A stretch of 64,000 nt of DNA, taken from assembly GCA_021773135.1 (NCBI GenBank), contig JAJFKP010000017.1, forward strand, positions 50,520 to 114,519, read 5' to 3'. This document shows, piece after piece, positions 52,655-62,869 of this stretch (position 1 is its first letter; each line of letters begins with the position of its first letter). The stretch is from Woeseiaceae bacterium (lineage in GTDB: Bacteria; Pseudomonadota; Gammaproteobacteria; Steroidobacterales; Woeseiaceae). The notes under the pieces were generated by a model that saw nothing but the letters and a program-made list of their open reading frames with translations, had not been told where the DNA came from and ran no database searches. A program made the translations under genes and the position numbers.

Positions 52655-53803
52655 TTGACCAGATCATCGAGAATAGCGCATGCCGCTGCTAACAATGCGC
52701 GGCTGTTTCGAGCCCCCGGACGGGCCAATATTATCGGCGAACACACTGACTACAACGATGGCCTGGTGCTGCCAACCAATACCGCGTTGTATACATGGCT
52801 CACCATCAGTCCGCGCAATGATCGCCTGGTAATGGTCACCGCAGAGAGTCTTGCAGAACATGGACGATTCGATCTTGATGATATCGCTCCTGTGCAACAT
52901 CCGACGTGGATTGATTATCTGAAGGGGGTGGCGGCTGAGATTGAAACGACGGGCATTGAATTGAAAGGTGCGGATTTAACGATTTTTGGCGAAATACCGA
53001 TCGGTGGAGGGCTTAGTTCGTCAGCGTCTGTCGAGATTGCGATGGCATTTGCAATGCTTGGCATTGCCGGTGTGTCCATGCCCGGGCGGGAAGTGGCCAA
53101 AGCGTGTCAGCGCGCAGAGCACAACTATGGCGGCGTCAAGTGCGGCATCATGGACCAGTTTTCAGTTGCCTGCGGTCAACATGGCGATGCGATGTTGCTC
53201 GATTGCCGCACGCTCACAACGGAATCGGTGACGATCCCCGTGGAAATGACGCTGCTGGTTACTGACAGCGGAGTCAAACACAGGCTTTCCGAGGGCGGTT
53301 ATAACCAGCGAGCGGATGAGTGTCGGAAAGCCGTTGAGATGCTAAAGGCCAAGGATTCTTCGATCATGGCGCTGCGCGACGTTGAGCCGGAAACCCTGGA
53401 CGTGCACGCGGCGATGCTTGGCAAAGACCTGCTGCGGCGATGTCGCCACGTAGTCAGTGAGAATCAGCGCGTCCGGCAGGCCTTCCATGCATTACAGGCA
53501 GGAGATATTAGCGGTGTAGGTACGCTGGTAAAGCACTCGCACATGAGCTTGCGCGACGACTATGAGGTTAGCTGTGACGAAATCGAATCCCTCGTTGGCA
53601 TTGCTGATGCCTGTGACGGTGTCCTGGGATCAAGAATGATGGGTGCAGGCTTCGGCGGATGTGTTCTATCCGTCGTACGGACAGAATGCGTTTCTGACGT
53701 CAGGCGTGAGATAGGCGAAAAATACGGCGCAATTTGTGGTGCGGAACCATGGATACACACAGTTTCAGCCGCAGCGCCGGCCGGAGAGGTTGCGGTGACA
53801 TGA
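52655..53803 (+). CDS. galK: Galactokinase
   Basis: PGRANIIGEHTDYNDG signature and GGLSSSASVE GHMP motif. TTG start. Confidence 0.92.
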   Translation: MTRSSRIAHAAANNARLFRAPGRANIIGEHTDYNDGLVLPTNTALYTWLTISPRNDRLVMVTAESLAEHGRFDLDDIAPVQHPTWIDYLKGVAAEIETTGIELKGADLTIFGEIPIGGGLSSSASVEIAMAFAMLGIAGVSMPGREVAKACQRAEHNYGGVKCGIMDQFSVACGQHGDAMLLDCRTLTTESVTIPVEMTLLVTDSGVKHRLSEGGYNQRADECRKAVEMLKAKDSSIMALRDVEPETLDVHAAMLGKDLLRRCRHVVSENQRVRQAFHALQAGDISGVGTLVKHSHMSLRDDYEVSCDEIESLVGIADACDGVLGSRMMGAGFGGCVLSVVRTECVSDVRREIGEKYGAICGAEPWIHTVSAAAPAGEVAVT

Positions 53804-54810
53804 AATCAGGGCACCATTCCCATTCCCGCCGAAACCTGCTTACCGATGAATGGGTGCTGGTTTCCCCGGACCGGAACGAACGCCCCTGGCAGGGTCAGCT
53901 TGAGAGCGTCATTCTGGAGCCCGATGCAATCTACGCACCCGATTGCTACCTGTGCCCCGGGAATCAGCGTGCCAACAAAGTTCATAATCCTGATTACAGC
54001 GGCCCCTTTGCTTTCGATAATGATTTTGCCGCACTCTCACCTGCTGGCGATGCAGAGTCTGGCGGCAATCCTTTGTTTGAATCACGCCCCGAATCTGGCC
54101 GCTGTCGGGTGGTCTGCTACAGCCACCAGCATAACGAGCGATTGAGCACCATGGGCGTCGCGCACATTGCGCAGGCTATAGAGATGCTCACTGAGGAGTA
54201 CGTCACTCTCGCTGCGGACGACGCGATGCGCTATGTACAGGTTTTCGAAAATCGCGGTCAGATGATGGGCAGCAGTAATCCGCACCCGCACGCCCAGATC
54301 TGGGCAACCGAGCACATCCCGGACGAGCCTGCCAAGGAACTTCTCACGCAAACACAATGGTGGAACGACAAGCAAACGCTGCTGCTTGCCGACTACCGGC
54401 GCGCGGAAACCGAGACCGGCAGCCGTGTCGTTGTGGAAAACAGACACTTTGTGGTGCTGGTGCCTTTCTGGGCAACCTGGCCATTCGAGACCCTGCTGCT
54501 GCCAAAAAGGAACTTCGCCGCATTCGATCAAATGTCGCCGGACGAAGTGACCGGCCTGGCGCAGATACTTAAATCTGTGCTTGCTGTTTACGACAGGTTG
54601 TTTGACGTGCCCATGCCGTATTCGCTCGGATTTCATCCGCAGCCCGCTGACGGGAACGCACATCCGGAATGGCTGTTTCACGCTCACATCTGTCCTCCTT
54701 TGTTGCGCTCGGCCAGCGTACGCAAGCACCTGGTTGGCTTCGAGATGTTTGGCATGCCACAACGTGACCTGACGCCCGAATTGGCGGCAGCGCGACTGCG
54801 TAGCGTTTGA
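53800..54810 (+). CDS. galT: Galactose-1-phosphate uridylyltransferase
   Basis: CYLCPGN zinc site and HPHAQIW active-site His-Pro-His. The ATG overlaps the galK TGA (ATGA). Confidence 0.92.
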   Translation: MKSGHHSHSRRNLLTDEWVLVSPDRNERPWQGQLESVILEPDAIYAPDCYLCPGNQRANKVHNPDYSGPFAFDNDFAALSPAGDAESGGNPLFESRPESGRCRVVCYSHQHNERLSTMGVAHIAQAIEMLTEEYVTLAADDAMRYVQVFENRGQMMGSSNPHPHAQIWATEHIPDEPAKELLTQTQWWNDKQTLLLADYRRAETETGSRVVVENRHFVVLVPFWATWPFETLLLPKRNFAAFDQMSPDEVTGLAQILKSVLAVYDRLFDVPMPYSLGFHPQPADGNAHPEWLFHAHICPPLLRSASVRKHLVGFEMFGMPQRDLTPELAAARLRSV

Positions 54811-54903
54811 TTTTGTATCATTTCTGCAGTGTCGGATACGTTATCGAATTCCACAGACGCACCGCCTGGCTTTGCCAAACTCACTATGCGCTGAGATTAC
54901 CCT

Positions 54904-56469
54904 ATGCATCTTGAATCACTTGATCTGGCTGTCGTTGTGATTTACGCGATCTCGCTTCTGCTTCTCGCGCAATGGGTGTCACGCGAGAAGCCTGGCCACC
55001 GGAAAAATACACAGGATTACTTTCTCGCCGGTCGTGCACTCCCGTGGTGGGCAATTGGCGCCTCGCTGATCGCAGCCAACATATCGGCTGAACAGATCAT
55101 CGGTATGTCCGGTAGCGCGTTCGTCATGGGCATTGCCATAGGCGCCTATGAATGGATGGCGGCGATAACGCTGATCATCGTCGGCAAATACCTTCTGCCG
55201 GTTTTCCTGGAGCACAAAATCTACACAATGCCGCAGTTTCTCGAGCAGCGGTTCGATTCGCGGGTGAAAACCATACTCGGCCTGTTCTGGTTGGGGCTGT
55301 ACGTTTTCGTCAACCTGACATCGATACTCTGGCTTGGTTCGCTGGCAATCAATACCGTCACGGGCCTCGATATCGGTTATGCACTGGTGCTGCTGGCCGC
55401 TTTCGCCACCGGTTACTCACTTTATGGTGGCCTCAAGGCCGTTGCCATGACCGATATCATCCAGGTTGTCCTGCTGGTGCTGGGCGGCTTCTTCATTGCG
55501 TATTATTCGATGGACGAAATATCCGGTGGCAGGGGTGTCATCGCTGGATTTCAGATGGTGCTCGAACAGGCGCCGGACAAATTCGACCTTATTCTTGCGA
55601 AGGACAATCCGAACTATGTGAGCCTGCCGGGCATTTCCGTGCTCGTCGGCGGCATGTGGATCATGAATTTGTCTTACTGGGGGTTCAATCAGTACATCAT
55701 CCAGCGCGCACTCGCCGCGAAGAGTAGCCGTGAGGCGCAGAAAGGGATTGTCTTTGCGGCTTTCCTGAAAATGCTTATGCCGGTACTGGTTGTATTGCCT
55801 GGCATTGCTGCCGTTATCCTGGCACCTGACCTGGAATCTCCGGACAAAGCGTACCCCGAGGTCATGAAGTTATTGCCGGCAGGACTTACCGGCCTGGTTT
55901 TCGCCGCGCTGATTGCGGCGATTGTCTCCTCGCTTGCATCGATGATGAATTCAATCTCGACCATATTTACGATGGACATCTATTTACAGTTCAGCAAAAG
56001 CCACAAATCGGATACCGAACTCGTTACTGTCGGTCGCATTGTTAGCCTGACCGCAATCTCCATAGCGGCAATCGTCGCCCGGCCGCTGCTCGGGAGTTTT
56101 GATCAGGCATTCCAGTACATCCAGGATTACACCGGCTTTTTCACGCCTGGTGTTGTCGTTATTTTCCTCATGGGAATTTTCTGGAAGAAAGCGACCGCCA
56201 TGGGAGCCATAGGCGCCGCCGTTGGTTCATTCCTGATCTCGCTTGCTTTCTATTTGCTCTTGCCGACGTTGCCGTTCATCGACCGGGTCGGAATCGTATT
56301 CCTGGCGTGTCTGGCAATAGGTATCCTGATATCCACCTTTCAGGGCCATGGAGAGCACCCCAACGCGGTGGACTACGAGGCTGTCGATACGTCGACGAGC
56401 GGCAGCTTTAACCTGGCATCCGGCGTCGTGGTTATGATGCTGATCGCACTCTACGCCACCTGGTGGTAA
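54904..56469 (+). CDS. Sodium:solute symporter, SGLT-like (probable Na+/galactose or glucose transporter)
   Basis: SSS family N-terminus (DYFLAGRALPWWAIGASLIAANISAEQIIGMSG), about 13-14 TM helices, downstream of galKT. Confidence 0.85.
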   Translation: MHLESLDLAVVVIYAISLLLLAQWVSREKPGHRKNTQDYFLAGRALPWWAIGASLIAANISAEQIIGMSGSAFVMGIAIGAYEWMAAITLIIVGKYLLPVFLEHKIYTMPQFLEQRFDSRVKTILGLFWLGLYVFVNLTSILWLGSLAINTVTGLDIGYALVLLAAFATGYSLYGGLKAVAMTDIIQVVLLVLGGFFIAYYSMDEISGGRGVIAGFQMVLEQAPDKFDLILAKDNPNYVSLPGISVLVGGMWIMNLSYWGFNQYIIQRALAAKSSREAQKGIVFAAFLKMLMPVLVVLPGIAAVILAPDLESPDKAYPEVMKLLPAGLTGLVFAALIAAIVSSLASMMNSISTIFTMDIYLQFSKSHKSDTELVTVGRIVSLTAISIAAIVARPLLGSFDQAFQYIQDYTGFFTPGVVVIFLMGIFWKKATAMGAIGAAVGSFLISLAFYLLLPTLPFIDRVGIVFLACLAIGILISTFQGHGEHPNAVDYEAVDTSTSGSFNLASGVVVMMLIALYATWW

Positions 56470-56482
56470 CAGGATTTTTTCG

Positions 56483-57778
56483 ATGAAGATTCAGTCACTA
56501 TTCTGCCTGGCCGTATTGACCGCATTTGCCGGTACCGCCCACGCTGATGAACACGCAGGCTTTAAGGCCGTATCGAGCATGGACGAGATCCAGGCCAGGC
56601 AGCGACAGGTACCGGACGACGACATCTGGTGGAACGTTCGCGGCGAGCAGATGCGCTGGATGCATTTGAACGCGCATCAGCTTTTTCCGACCGTCAACGT
56701 GTATCGGAAGGGCCCGGTCCGCGCACTGGAAACCAGGCTCATGCCTGCAATTGGCCAGACAGAAGTCAGCCTGGATTCCGGCACACTGACGTTCGACGAT
56801 TTCCTTGATAGTGAGTATTCCACGGCAATGGGCGTGGTCGTGCTCCACCAGGGCAGGATCGTGTTTGAACGTTACCCGCGCATGCGGGAATTCGAGAAGC
56901 CGATATACTGGTCGGTGGCAAAGGTCCTGCCTGCAACTGTGTTGCGTATCATGGAAGAACGTGGCGAGGTCGACGTTAGTAAAACTATCGAAGAGTACAT
57001 TCCGGACCTGGCGCAAAGCGACTTCGCTGGCATCACTGTTCGCAATATCCTCGATATGGCGACCGGCCTTGATTGCCAGGATGAATATGAAGAGCGTGAA
57101 TCCTGTTATTACCAGTATTCAATGGCGATTGGTGACGGGTTTCGCGAGCAGGATGCGCCGGACAATCCCTACGATTTCTTAAAGTCGCTCGAGGTTTCAA
57201 AACACGCTGAGCAGGGAACGCAATTCTCCTATTCAGGTGTTAACACGTTCATTCTGGCGTGGCTTGTTGAAGAGTTGACTGGCAGGGCGTTTCACGATGT
57301 CTTTACTGAAGAGGTGTGGCAGCACATTGGCGCAGAATCTGACGCCTCCTATATTGCCTATCGCTACGGCATTCCGCTCACTCACGGCGGCTTTCTGTCA
57401 AACATGCGCGACCTGGCGCGATTCGGATTGTTGTTCACACCAAGCTTTAAGGCGATTTCCGACCGGCAGGTGATTTCCACCAGTCACATTGAATTCATTC
57501 GCTCTGCGGGCAATCCGGAACTGCTCGCCAAAGCCGGCCTACCGCCGGTAGCGGTGAGCGGTATAAAGCACAATATCTATCAGTGGGACCGCATTCACGC
57601 CAACGGCACTTTCTACAAGGGTGGTTGGGGAGGCCAGGGCCTGATTGTTAATCCGGAACAGGACCTGGTTGCGGTCTTTACGAGTTACTTCAAGGAGGAT
57701 TCTAGCGAGACACACCTCGAGCCGGTTCTCTTTGATGTTCTCGAACGGAATTTTGGCAGCAGGATGAACCGCCAATAA
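56483..57778 (+). CDS. Exported serine hydrolase, beta-lactamase/esterase (class C-like) family
   Basis: Signal peptide, SVAK (SxxK) motif, YSGVN (YxN-like). 431 aa. Confidence 0.65.
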   Translation: MKIQSLFCLAVLTAFAGTAHADEHAGFKAVSSMDEIQARQRQVPDDDIWWNVRGEQMRWMHLNAHQLFPTVNVYRKGPVRALETRLMPAIGQTEVSLDSGTLTFDDFLDSEYSTAMGVVVLHQGRIVFERYPRMREFEKPIYWSVAKVLPATVLRIMEERGEVDVSKTIEEYIPDLAQSDFAGITVRNILDMATGLDCQDEYEERESCYYQYSMAIGDGFREQDAPDNPYDFLKSLEVSKHAEQGTQFSYSGVNTFILAWLVEELTGRAFHDVFTEEVWQHIGAESDASYIAYRYGIPLTHGGFLSNMRDLARFGLLFTPSFKAISDRQVISTSHIEFIRSAGNPELLAKAGLPPVAVSGIKHNIYQWDRIHANGTFYKGGWGGQGLIVNPEQDLVAVFTSYFKEDSSETHLEPVLFDVLERNFGSRMNRQ

Positions 57779-57857
57779 CGCTCACACCCGCCGACAAGAC
57801 TTCGCATGTCGTGTTGGCTATAGTCACTTTTACAACCAGCAAGAATAACGACCAATC

Positions 57858-59363
57858 ATGGATCAAAGTCGCATCGACTGGCCAAATTTCGGAACCTGTG
57901 TTGCGATCATTATTTTCGTTTGCCTGCCACTGGCCCTTGCCCCGGAAAGGGGCGGACAGATCATGGAAGCAATGTACGCCTACATTGCGACCGAGTTTGG
58001 CATTTTTTACCTGTCTGCCGGCGTCGCCTGTATCGGCTTTCTGGTCTGGCTCGCCTGCAGCAAATATGGAACCGTCAAGCTCGGCACTGAAGATGACGTA
58101 GCGGAATTCTCCACACTCAGCTGGGTCGCGATGCTTTTTTGTACCGGTGTTGGTGCGGGTCTCATGTACTGGTGCGGCACCGAGTGGGCTTACTATTATC
58201 AGGCGCCTCCCTTTGGGGCAGAGCCCCGCAGCGCTGAAGCTGCCGAGTGGGCGTCAACCTACGGCATGTACCACTGGGGCGTGTCGGCGTGGGCCTTTTA
58301 CTGCTTGCCAACCATCGCAATTGCCTACCCCTATTACGTCAAGAAGCTGGATTTTCTGCGCTTTAGCGGCAGCTGCCACTATTTTCTGAAAGGCCGCGAA
58401 CACGGCTTGCTCGCAAGATTTATCGATTTCCTCTTCATGATTGCGCTTATTGGAGGAGCCGCGTCTTCGCTCGGCTTTTCAACCCCGATGATCGCCGCGT
58501 GTATCGCACGAATATTTGATGTTCAGCATGACTTTGGTCTCGAAATGACTGTAGTTGTCCTGTGCATGCTTCTTTTCGCGACCAGTGTGTGGCTCGGATT
58601 GAAGAAGGGCATTAAGAAGCTAAGCGACATCAACATGCTCCTCGCCTTCGGGCTGCTCGCTTTCATACTTGTTGTAGGACCGACGGCGTTTCTGTTTAAG
58701 ACCAGTCTGAATAGTGTCGGTTTGATGGCCCAGAACTTCGTCCGCATGAGCTTTTGGACCGATCCGTTCACCGACTCAAGATTTGTCGAAGACTGGACCG
58801 TCTTCTACTGGGCGTGGTGGATCGCGTATGCGCCATTTGTCGGTCTCTTTGTAACGCGGATTTCCCGCGGTCGATCCATTCGCCAGGTCATCAGTGGAAT
58901 GTTGATTTACGGTTCACTGGGAAGCTGGGTCTTCTACATGATCATTGGCAACTACTCACTCTTCCTCGAACTGGAAGGGGTTATAAGCATTACGGAAGTA
59001 ATGAATGCGCAGAGCGGTAATGAAGCCATCGTTGCCATGTTAGATCAGCTGCCTCTTGCGACGCTGGTGATCAGCATCTTCAGCCTGGTCGCATTCATTT
59101 TCGCCGCCACGACCTATGACTCCGCGTCCTACATCCTTGCATCCGGCGCGACGCTGCATCTGAAAGCAGGAGACGATCCGGCGCGATGGCACAGGGTCTT
59201 CTGGGCATTTGCACTCGGCCTGATGCCGGCAACGCTGATGTTTATAGGCGGTTTGCGGGTTATGCAGGTAACACTCCTGATTGTGTCGGCGCCTATTCTT
59301 GTCGTCGGCGTCGCAATGTCGGTTTCGTTAATGCGTTCCTTACGCGAACAGCTGCACGCGTGA
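57858..59363 (+). CDS. BCCT family (betaine/carnitine/choline) transporter
   Basis: WTVFYWAWWIAYAPFVGLFVTRISRGRSIRQ BCCT signature. 12 TM-like profile. Confidence 0.9.
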   Translation: MDQSRIDWPNFGTCVAIIIFVCLPLALAPERGGQIMEAMYAYIATEFGIFYLSAGVACIGFLVWLACSKYGTVKLGTEDDVAEFSTLSWVAMLFCTGVGAGLMYWCGTEWAYYYQAPPFGAEPRSAEAAEWASTYGMYHWGVSAWAFYCLPTIAIAYPYYVKKLDFLRFSGSCHYFLKGREHGLLARFIDFLFMIALIGGAASSLGFSTPMIAACIARIFDVQHDFGLEMTVVVLCMLLFATSVWLGLKKGIKKLSDINMLLAFGLLAFILVVGPTAFLFKTSLNSVGLMAQNFVRMSFWTDPFTDSRFVEDWTVFYWAWWIAYAPFVGLFVTRISRGRSIRQVISGMLIYGSLGSWVFYMIIGNYSLFLELEGVISITEVMNAQSGNEAIVAMLDQLPLATLVISIFSLVAFIFAATTYDSASYILASGATLHLKAGDDPARWHRVFWAFALGLMPATLMFIGGLRVMQVTLLIVSAPILVVGVAMSVSLMRSLREQLHA

Positions 59364-59384
59364 TGCGAGCAAGGCAGTGAGCTC

Positions 59385-60629
59385 TTGAAACGCGTTACTC
59401 AGATAATTGTACTGATCGTCGCCGGCGAGATGATCTTCAGCCTGCCGTTTCACACGGCCCGCTTTTTTCGGCCGACTCTTCTCGATGTTTTCAATATTTC
59501 AAACACCAACCTTGGCGACATTTTCGCGATTTACGGCATTACGGCCATGTTGGCCTATTTTCCAGGCGGGCTGATTGCAGACCGTTACTCCGCAAGAAAA
59601 CTGCTCGCAACATCGATGTTGGCAACGGCCTTCGGCGGCTTCTATATGGCCACCATTCCCGACGCATTTTCGCTGGCTCTGCTCTACGGTTACTGGGGAA
59701 TCACGACCATTTTTCTCTTTTGGGCCGCCATGCTGAAGGCAACCCGTGAATGGGGAGGAAATTTATCGCAAGGGAAAGCGTTCGGTATACTCGACGGTGG
59801 TCGGGGACTGGTAGCCGCTGCGTTTGCCGTCTTCTCAGTAGCCTTCATGGCCGGCTTTCTACCCGAGGACGTGGTCTCCTCGACAGGTGCGGAACAAAGA
59901 GCGGCTTTCAGGAACGTAATACTGCTGTATTCGTTTACGACCGCAGCGGTGGGTGTGCTCACATGGTTTCTGCTGCCTGATACCGAATCGCTACCAGACC
60001 AGGCATCGATTGGAAACTCATTCAAGGGAGCCATGTCCGTACTGCACAAGCGCACTGTATGGGCAAAAGCGGGAATCGTTATTTTTGCCTATTGCGGCTA
60101 CAAAGGTCTCGACAACCTGTCTCTCTATGCCGTTCAGGTACTTGGCATGAACGAGGTTGAGGGAGCACGCCTCTTCGCCTATGCGTCCTACCTGCGGCCC
60201 ATAGCTGCCGTAGCGGCTGGAATTGTCGCCGACCGATTTGTCGCGAGCCGGGTAATCGGACTTACTTTTACGGTCTTGACGGTTTCTTTTGGCATGCTTT
60301 GGCTGGCCGTTCCGGAGAACGGCTGGCTGACGATCATCTATGCCAACATCTATGTCAGCGTGTTTGCGGTGTTCGCAATCCGCGGCATTTACTTCGCACT
60401 GTTGCAGGAGACGAAGACGCCGACCGAGTTGACCGGCACTACGATCGGCATAGTGTCATTTATCGGCTATACCCCCGAGATCTTCTTTGCGCCAATTGCA
60501 GGGCGCATTCTGGACGCGTCGCCCGGCATCGAGGGACACCAGAACTACTTCCTGTTCCTGGCAGCACTATCGGCCGTTGGTTTATTTACGGTGTTCTATC
60601 TCGTCCGCGTCAACAAGCAGCATGGGTAA
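59385..60629 (+). CDS. MFS transporter
   Basis: 414 aa, about 12 hydrophobic segments, GGLIADRYSARK loop 2-3 motif. TTG start. Confidence 0.75.
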   Translation: MKRVTQIIVLIVAGEMIFSLPFHTARFFRPTLLDVFNISNTNLGDIFAIYGITAMLAYFPGGLIADRYSARKLLATSMLATAFGGFYMATIPDAFSLALLYGYWGITTIFLFWAAMLKATREWGGNLSQGKAFGILDGGRGLVAAAFAVFSVAFMAGFLPEDVVSSTGAEQRAAFRNVILLYSFTTAAVGVLTWFLLPDTESLPDQASIGNSFKGAMSVLHKRTVWAKAGIVIFAYCGYKGLDNLSLYAVQVLGMNEVEGARLFAYASYLRPIAAVAAGIVADRFVASRVIGLTFTVLTVSFGMLWLAVPENGWLTIIYANIYVSVFAVFAIRGIYFALLQETKTPTELTGTTIGIVSFIGYTPEIFFAPIAGRILDASPGIEGHQNYFLFLAALSAVGLFTVFYLVRVNKQHG

Positions 60630-60964
60630 GCCGATCCAGATGTGATTCTGGCTGGCAGCTACCAGGTCTTCGGTTGCCAGAGCGACATTGTCTGCGGTTG
60701 CTTTCGCGTCTTAAGAATATTTCACTTGTTACAGGTTTACAGCTGCCTGTCTGTCTGGCCACAGACGTCACCGCATGCATCAGACTGCTAAAGTCGCGCA
60801 ACTTCTGGCCGGCCAGTGAAACAACAAATTTCCACTGCACAAAGCCTGCTGCGCTACATGCAATTCTGCAGGGTCGCTGGCTGGTGGATTATTGGCGGCC
60901 GGATTTTCGGCCGATTCGTAAACTTTAACTCGCTTGATCCGACCGAATATTCTGACCGTTGCAC

Positions 60965-61432
60965 CTAGATCGGCAGCACTGTCGTATGCTTTATCTCTGA
61001 TAACGCGATGCTGGAGTTAACTTCCTGCACACCCGGAAGCTGCGACAACTTTTCGTATATGAACCGTTCGTAGTCCTTGATGTCCTCGGCGACGATGCGC
61101 AGCAGGAAATCAATGTTGCCCAGCACAACGTAGCAATCCAATACCTCCGGATAGCCCCTGACAGCGTCCGCAAAGTCCGTCAGGTTGCTGCGACCGTGCG
61201 AGGTCAGCTTCACCTGGGCGAAAACCATGGTGCTCAGTCCAACTTTTTCCGGATCGAGAATGACCGGTTGATCCTTGATCACGCCTTCCTCTCGCAGGCG
61301 CTGCATGCGTCGCCAGCAGGCTGACTGTGAGAGACCAATCCGTTCGCCAATGGCGGCGGCGTTAATGCCTGTCTCGGTCTGGAGGAGTTGCAGGATTCGG
61401 CGATCTGTCTGATCAATAGGTATATTTTGCAT
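60965..61432 (-). CDS. bkdR: Lrp/AsnC family transcriptional regulator (BkdR-like)
   Basis: DRRILQLLQTETGINAAAIGERIGLSQSACWRRMQRLREEGVI HTH plus a RAM domain. Divergent from the bkd operon. Confidence 0.85.
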   Translation of the reverse strand: MQNIPIDQTDRRILQLLQTETGINAAAIGERIGLSQSACWRRMQRLREEGVIKDQPVILDPEKVGLSTMVFAQVKLTSHGRSNLTDFADAVRGYPEVLDCYVVLGNIDFLLRIVAEDIKDYERFIYEKLSQLPGVQEVNSSIALSEIKHTTVLPI

Positions 61433-61630
61433 AATTTATGATCAATAGGGGTCTTATATCGCATAGACTATGTCTGTTTCATGTACTTAGCAATGTATTT
61501 TGCAACCACTTTGCCAGTTTGGCCGGATATATTGGGCGACTACGTATTCCGCTGCATCGCAATGAGTGGCAGGATATGCAGCCCCCGAATTCAATTGCCT
61601 CAGACATCGAAGTCAACGAACTGGACCTGC

Positions 61631-62866
61631 ATGACTAGAAAATCGAGACTACATATACCGCATCCGTCAGCCCGTCCCGGTGACAAACCTGACTTCAGTT
61701 ACCTGAATCTTTCGCCCGCAGGAGCGGCCGACAAACCCGCCATTGACGTGCCCACGCGGGAGATCGAACACCTGAGCCTGGAGCTGGTTCGCGTTCTGGA
61801 CGACGACCATCATGCATTGGGAGCATGGAATCCGAATCTCGACCCGGAAAAGCTCCAGGTCGGACTGCGCTGGATGCTGCTCAATCGCGTTTTTGATGAA
61901 CGCATGTGGCAAATCCAGCGGCAGGGAAAAATAACGTTCTACATGCAGGCGACGGGAGAGGAAGCGGTTTCGATTGCGCAGGGCATGGCGCTGCGCGCCG
62001 GCGATATGTGTTTCCCGTCCTACCGAAACCAGGGCCTTTTCTTGCTGCGCGGCACGAAACTCGTCGACATGATGTGCCAGTGTTTGTCTAACACGCGCGA
62101 TATGTGCAAAGGCCGCCAGCTGCCGGTTCTTTATCACAATAAAGATGCAAATATATTTTCGCTTTCGGGCAATCTCGCCACGCAGTACCCACACGCGGTT
62201 GGCTGGGCTATGGCCTCCGCGATCAAGGGTGAAGACCACATTGCAGCATCGTGGGTCGGTGACGGCAGCACGGCCGAAGCGGACTTCCACCACGCGATTA
62301 CGTTTGCCGCCATCTACCAGGCGCCGGTCATCCTCAACATCGTGAATAACCAATGGGCGATATCTACCTTCCAGGGGTTTGCCGGCGGTGAAAGAAGACC
62401 GTTTGCCGCGCGCGGCATTGGCCTGGGCATTCCCGGCATCCGGGTGGACGGCAACGACTTCCTGGCAGTTTATTCTGCAACGCTGTGGGCAGCAGATCGT
62501 GCTCGCAGAGGGGGTGGCCCGACAATTATCGAACACGTTACCTATCGCGGCGGCGCGCATTCCACCAGTGATGATCCGACAAAGTACCGACCAAAAGACG
62601 AGTGGAAATCGTTTCCGCTGGGTGATCCCGTGGAACGACTCAAGCAGCATCTCATTGTTGAAGGTCACTGGTCAGACGAACAACACGAAGAAGTGATCGA
62701 TGAATATCGGGTCAAGGTTCTTGCCGCCTGGAAAGAAGCGCAAAAATTTGGAACGATGACCGAGGGACCATTCCTGGATCCCAGCGAAATGTTTGATGAT
62801 GTGTACGCAGACATCCCTCCACACCTCGAAGAACAGCGTCGCCAGATGCTGGCGCTGGAGGAGTAA
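61631..62866 (+). CDS. bkdA1: 2-oxoisovalerate (branched-chain keto acid) dehydrogenase E1 alpha subunit
   Basis: TPP motif GDGSTAEADFHHAITFAAIYQAPVILNIVNNQWAIST and YRGGAHSTSDDP. Start at MTRKSRLHIPHP. Confidence 0.9.
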   Translation: MTRKSRLHIPHPSARPGDKPDFSYLNLSPAGAADKPAIDVPTREIEHLSLELVRVLDDDHHALGAWNPNLDPEKLQVGLRWMLLNRVFDERMWQIQRQGKITFYMQATGEEAVSIAQGMALRAGDMCFPSYRNQGLFLLRGTKLVDMMCQCLSNTRDMCKGRQLPVLYHNKDANIFSLSGNLATQYPHAVGWAMASAIKGEDHIAASWVGDGSTAEADFHHAITFAAIYQAPVILNIVNNQWAISTFQGFAGGERRPFAARGIGLGIPGIRVDGNDFLAVYSATLWAADRARRGGGPTIIEHVTYRGGAHSTSDDPTKYRPKDEWKSFPLGDPVERLKQHLIVEGHWSDEQHEEVIDEYRVKVLAAWKEAQKFGTMTEGPFLDPSEMFDDVYADIPPHLEEQRRQMLALEE

Positions 62867-62869
62867 GGC

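Noticed and set aside
61667-62668. 333-aa antisense ORF inside bkdA1. Similar long antisense ORFs occur at 36423..37085 in dsbA, 13462..14175 in the pseudokinase, and 32655..33251 and 33794..34468 in polA.
   Set aside because: Each lies fully within a gene that has strong family motifs on the other strand. Their compositions are Arg/Ala/Gly-rich, as expected for shadow ORFs in GC-rich DNA, and they show no recognisable motifs.
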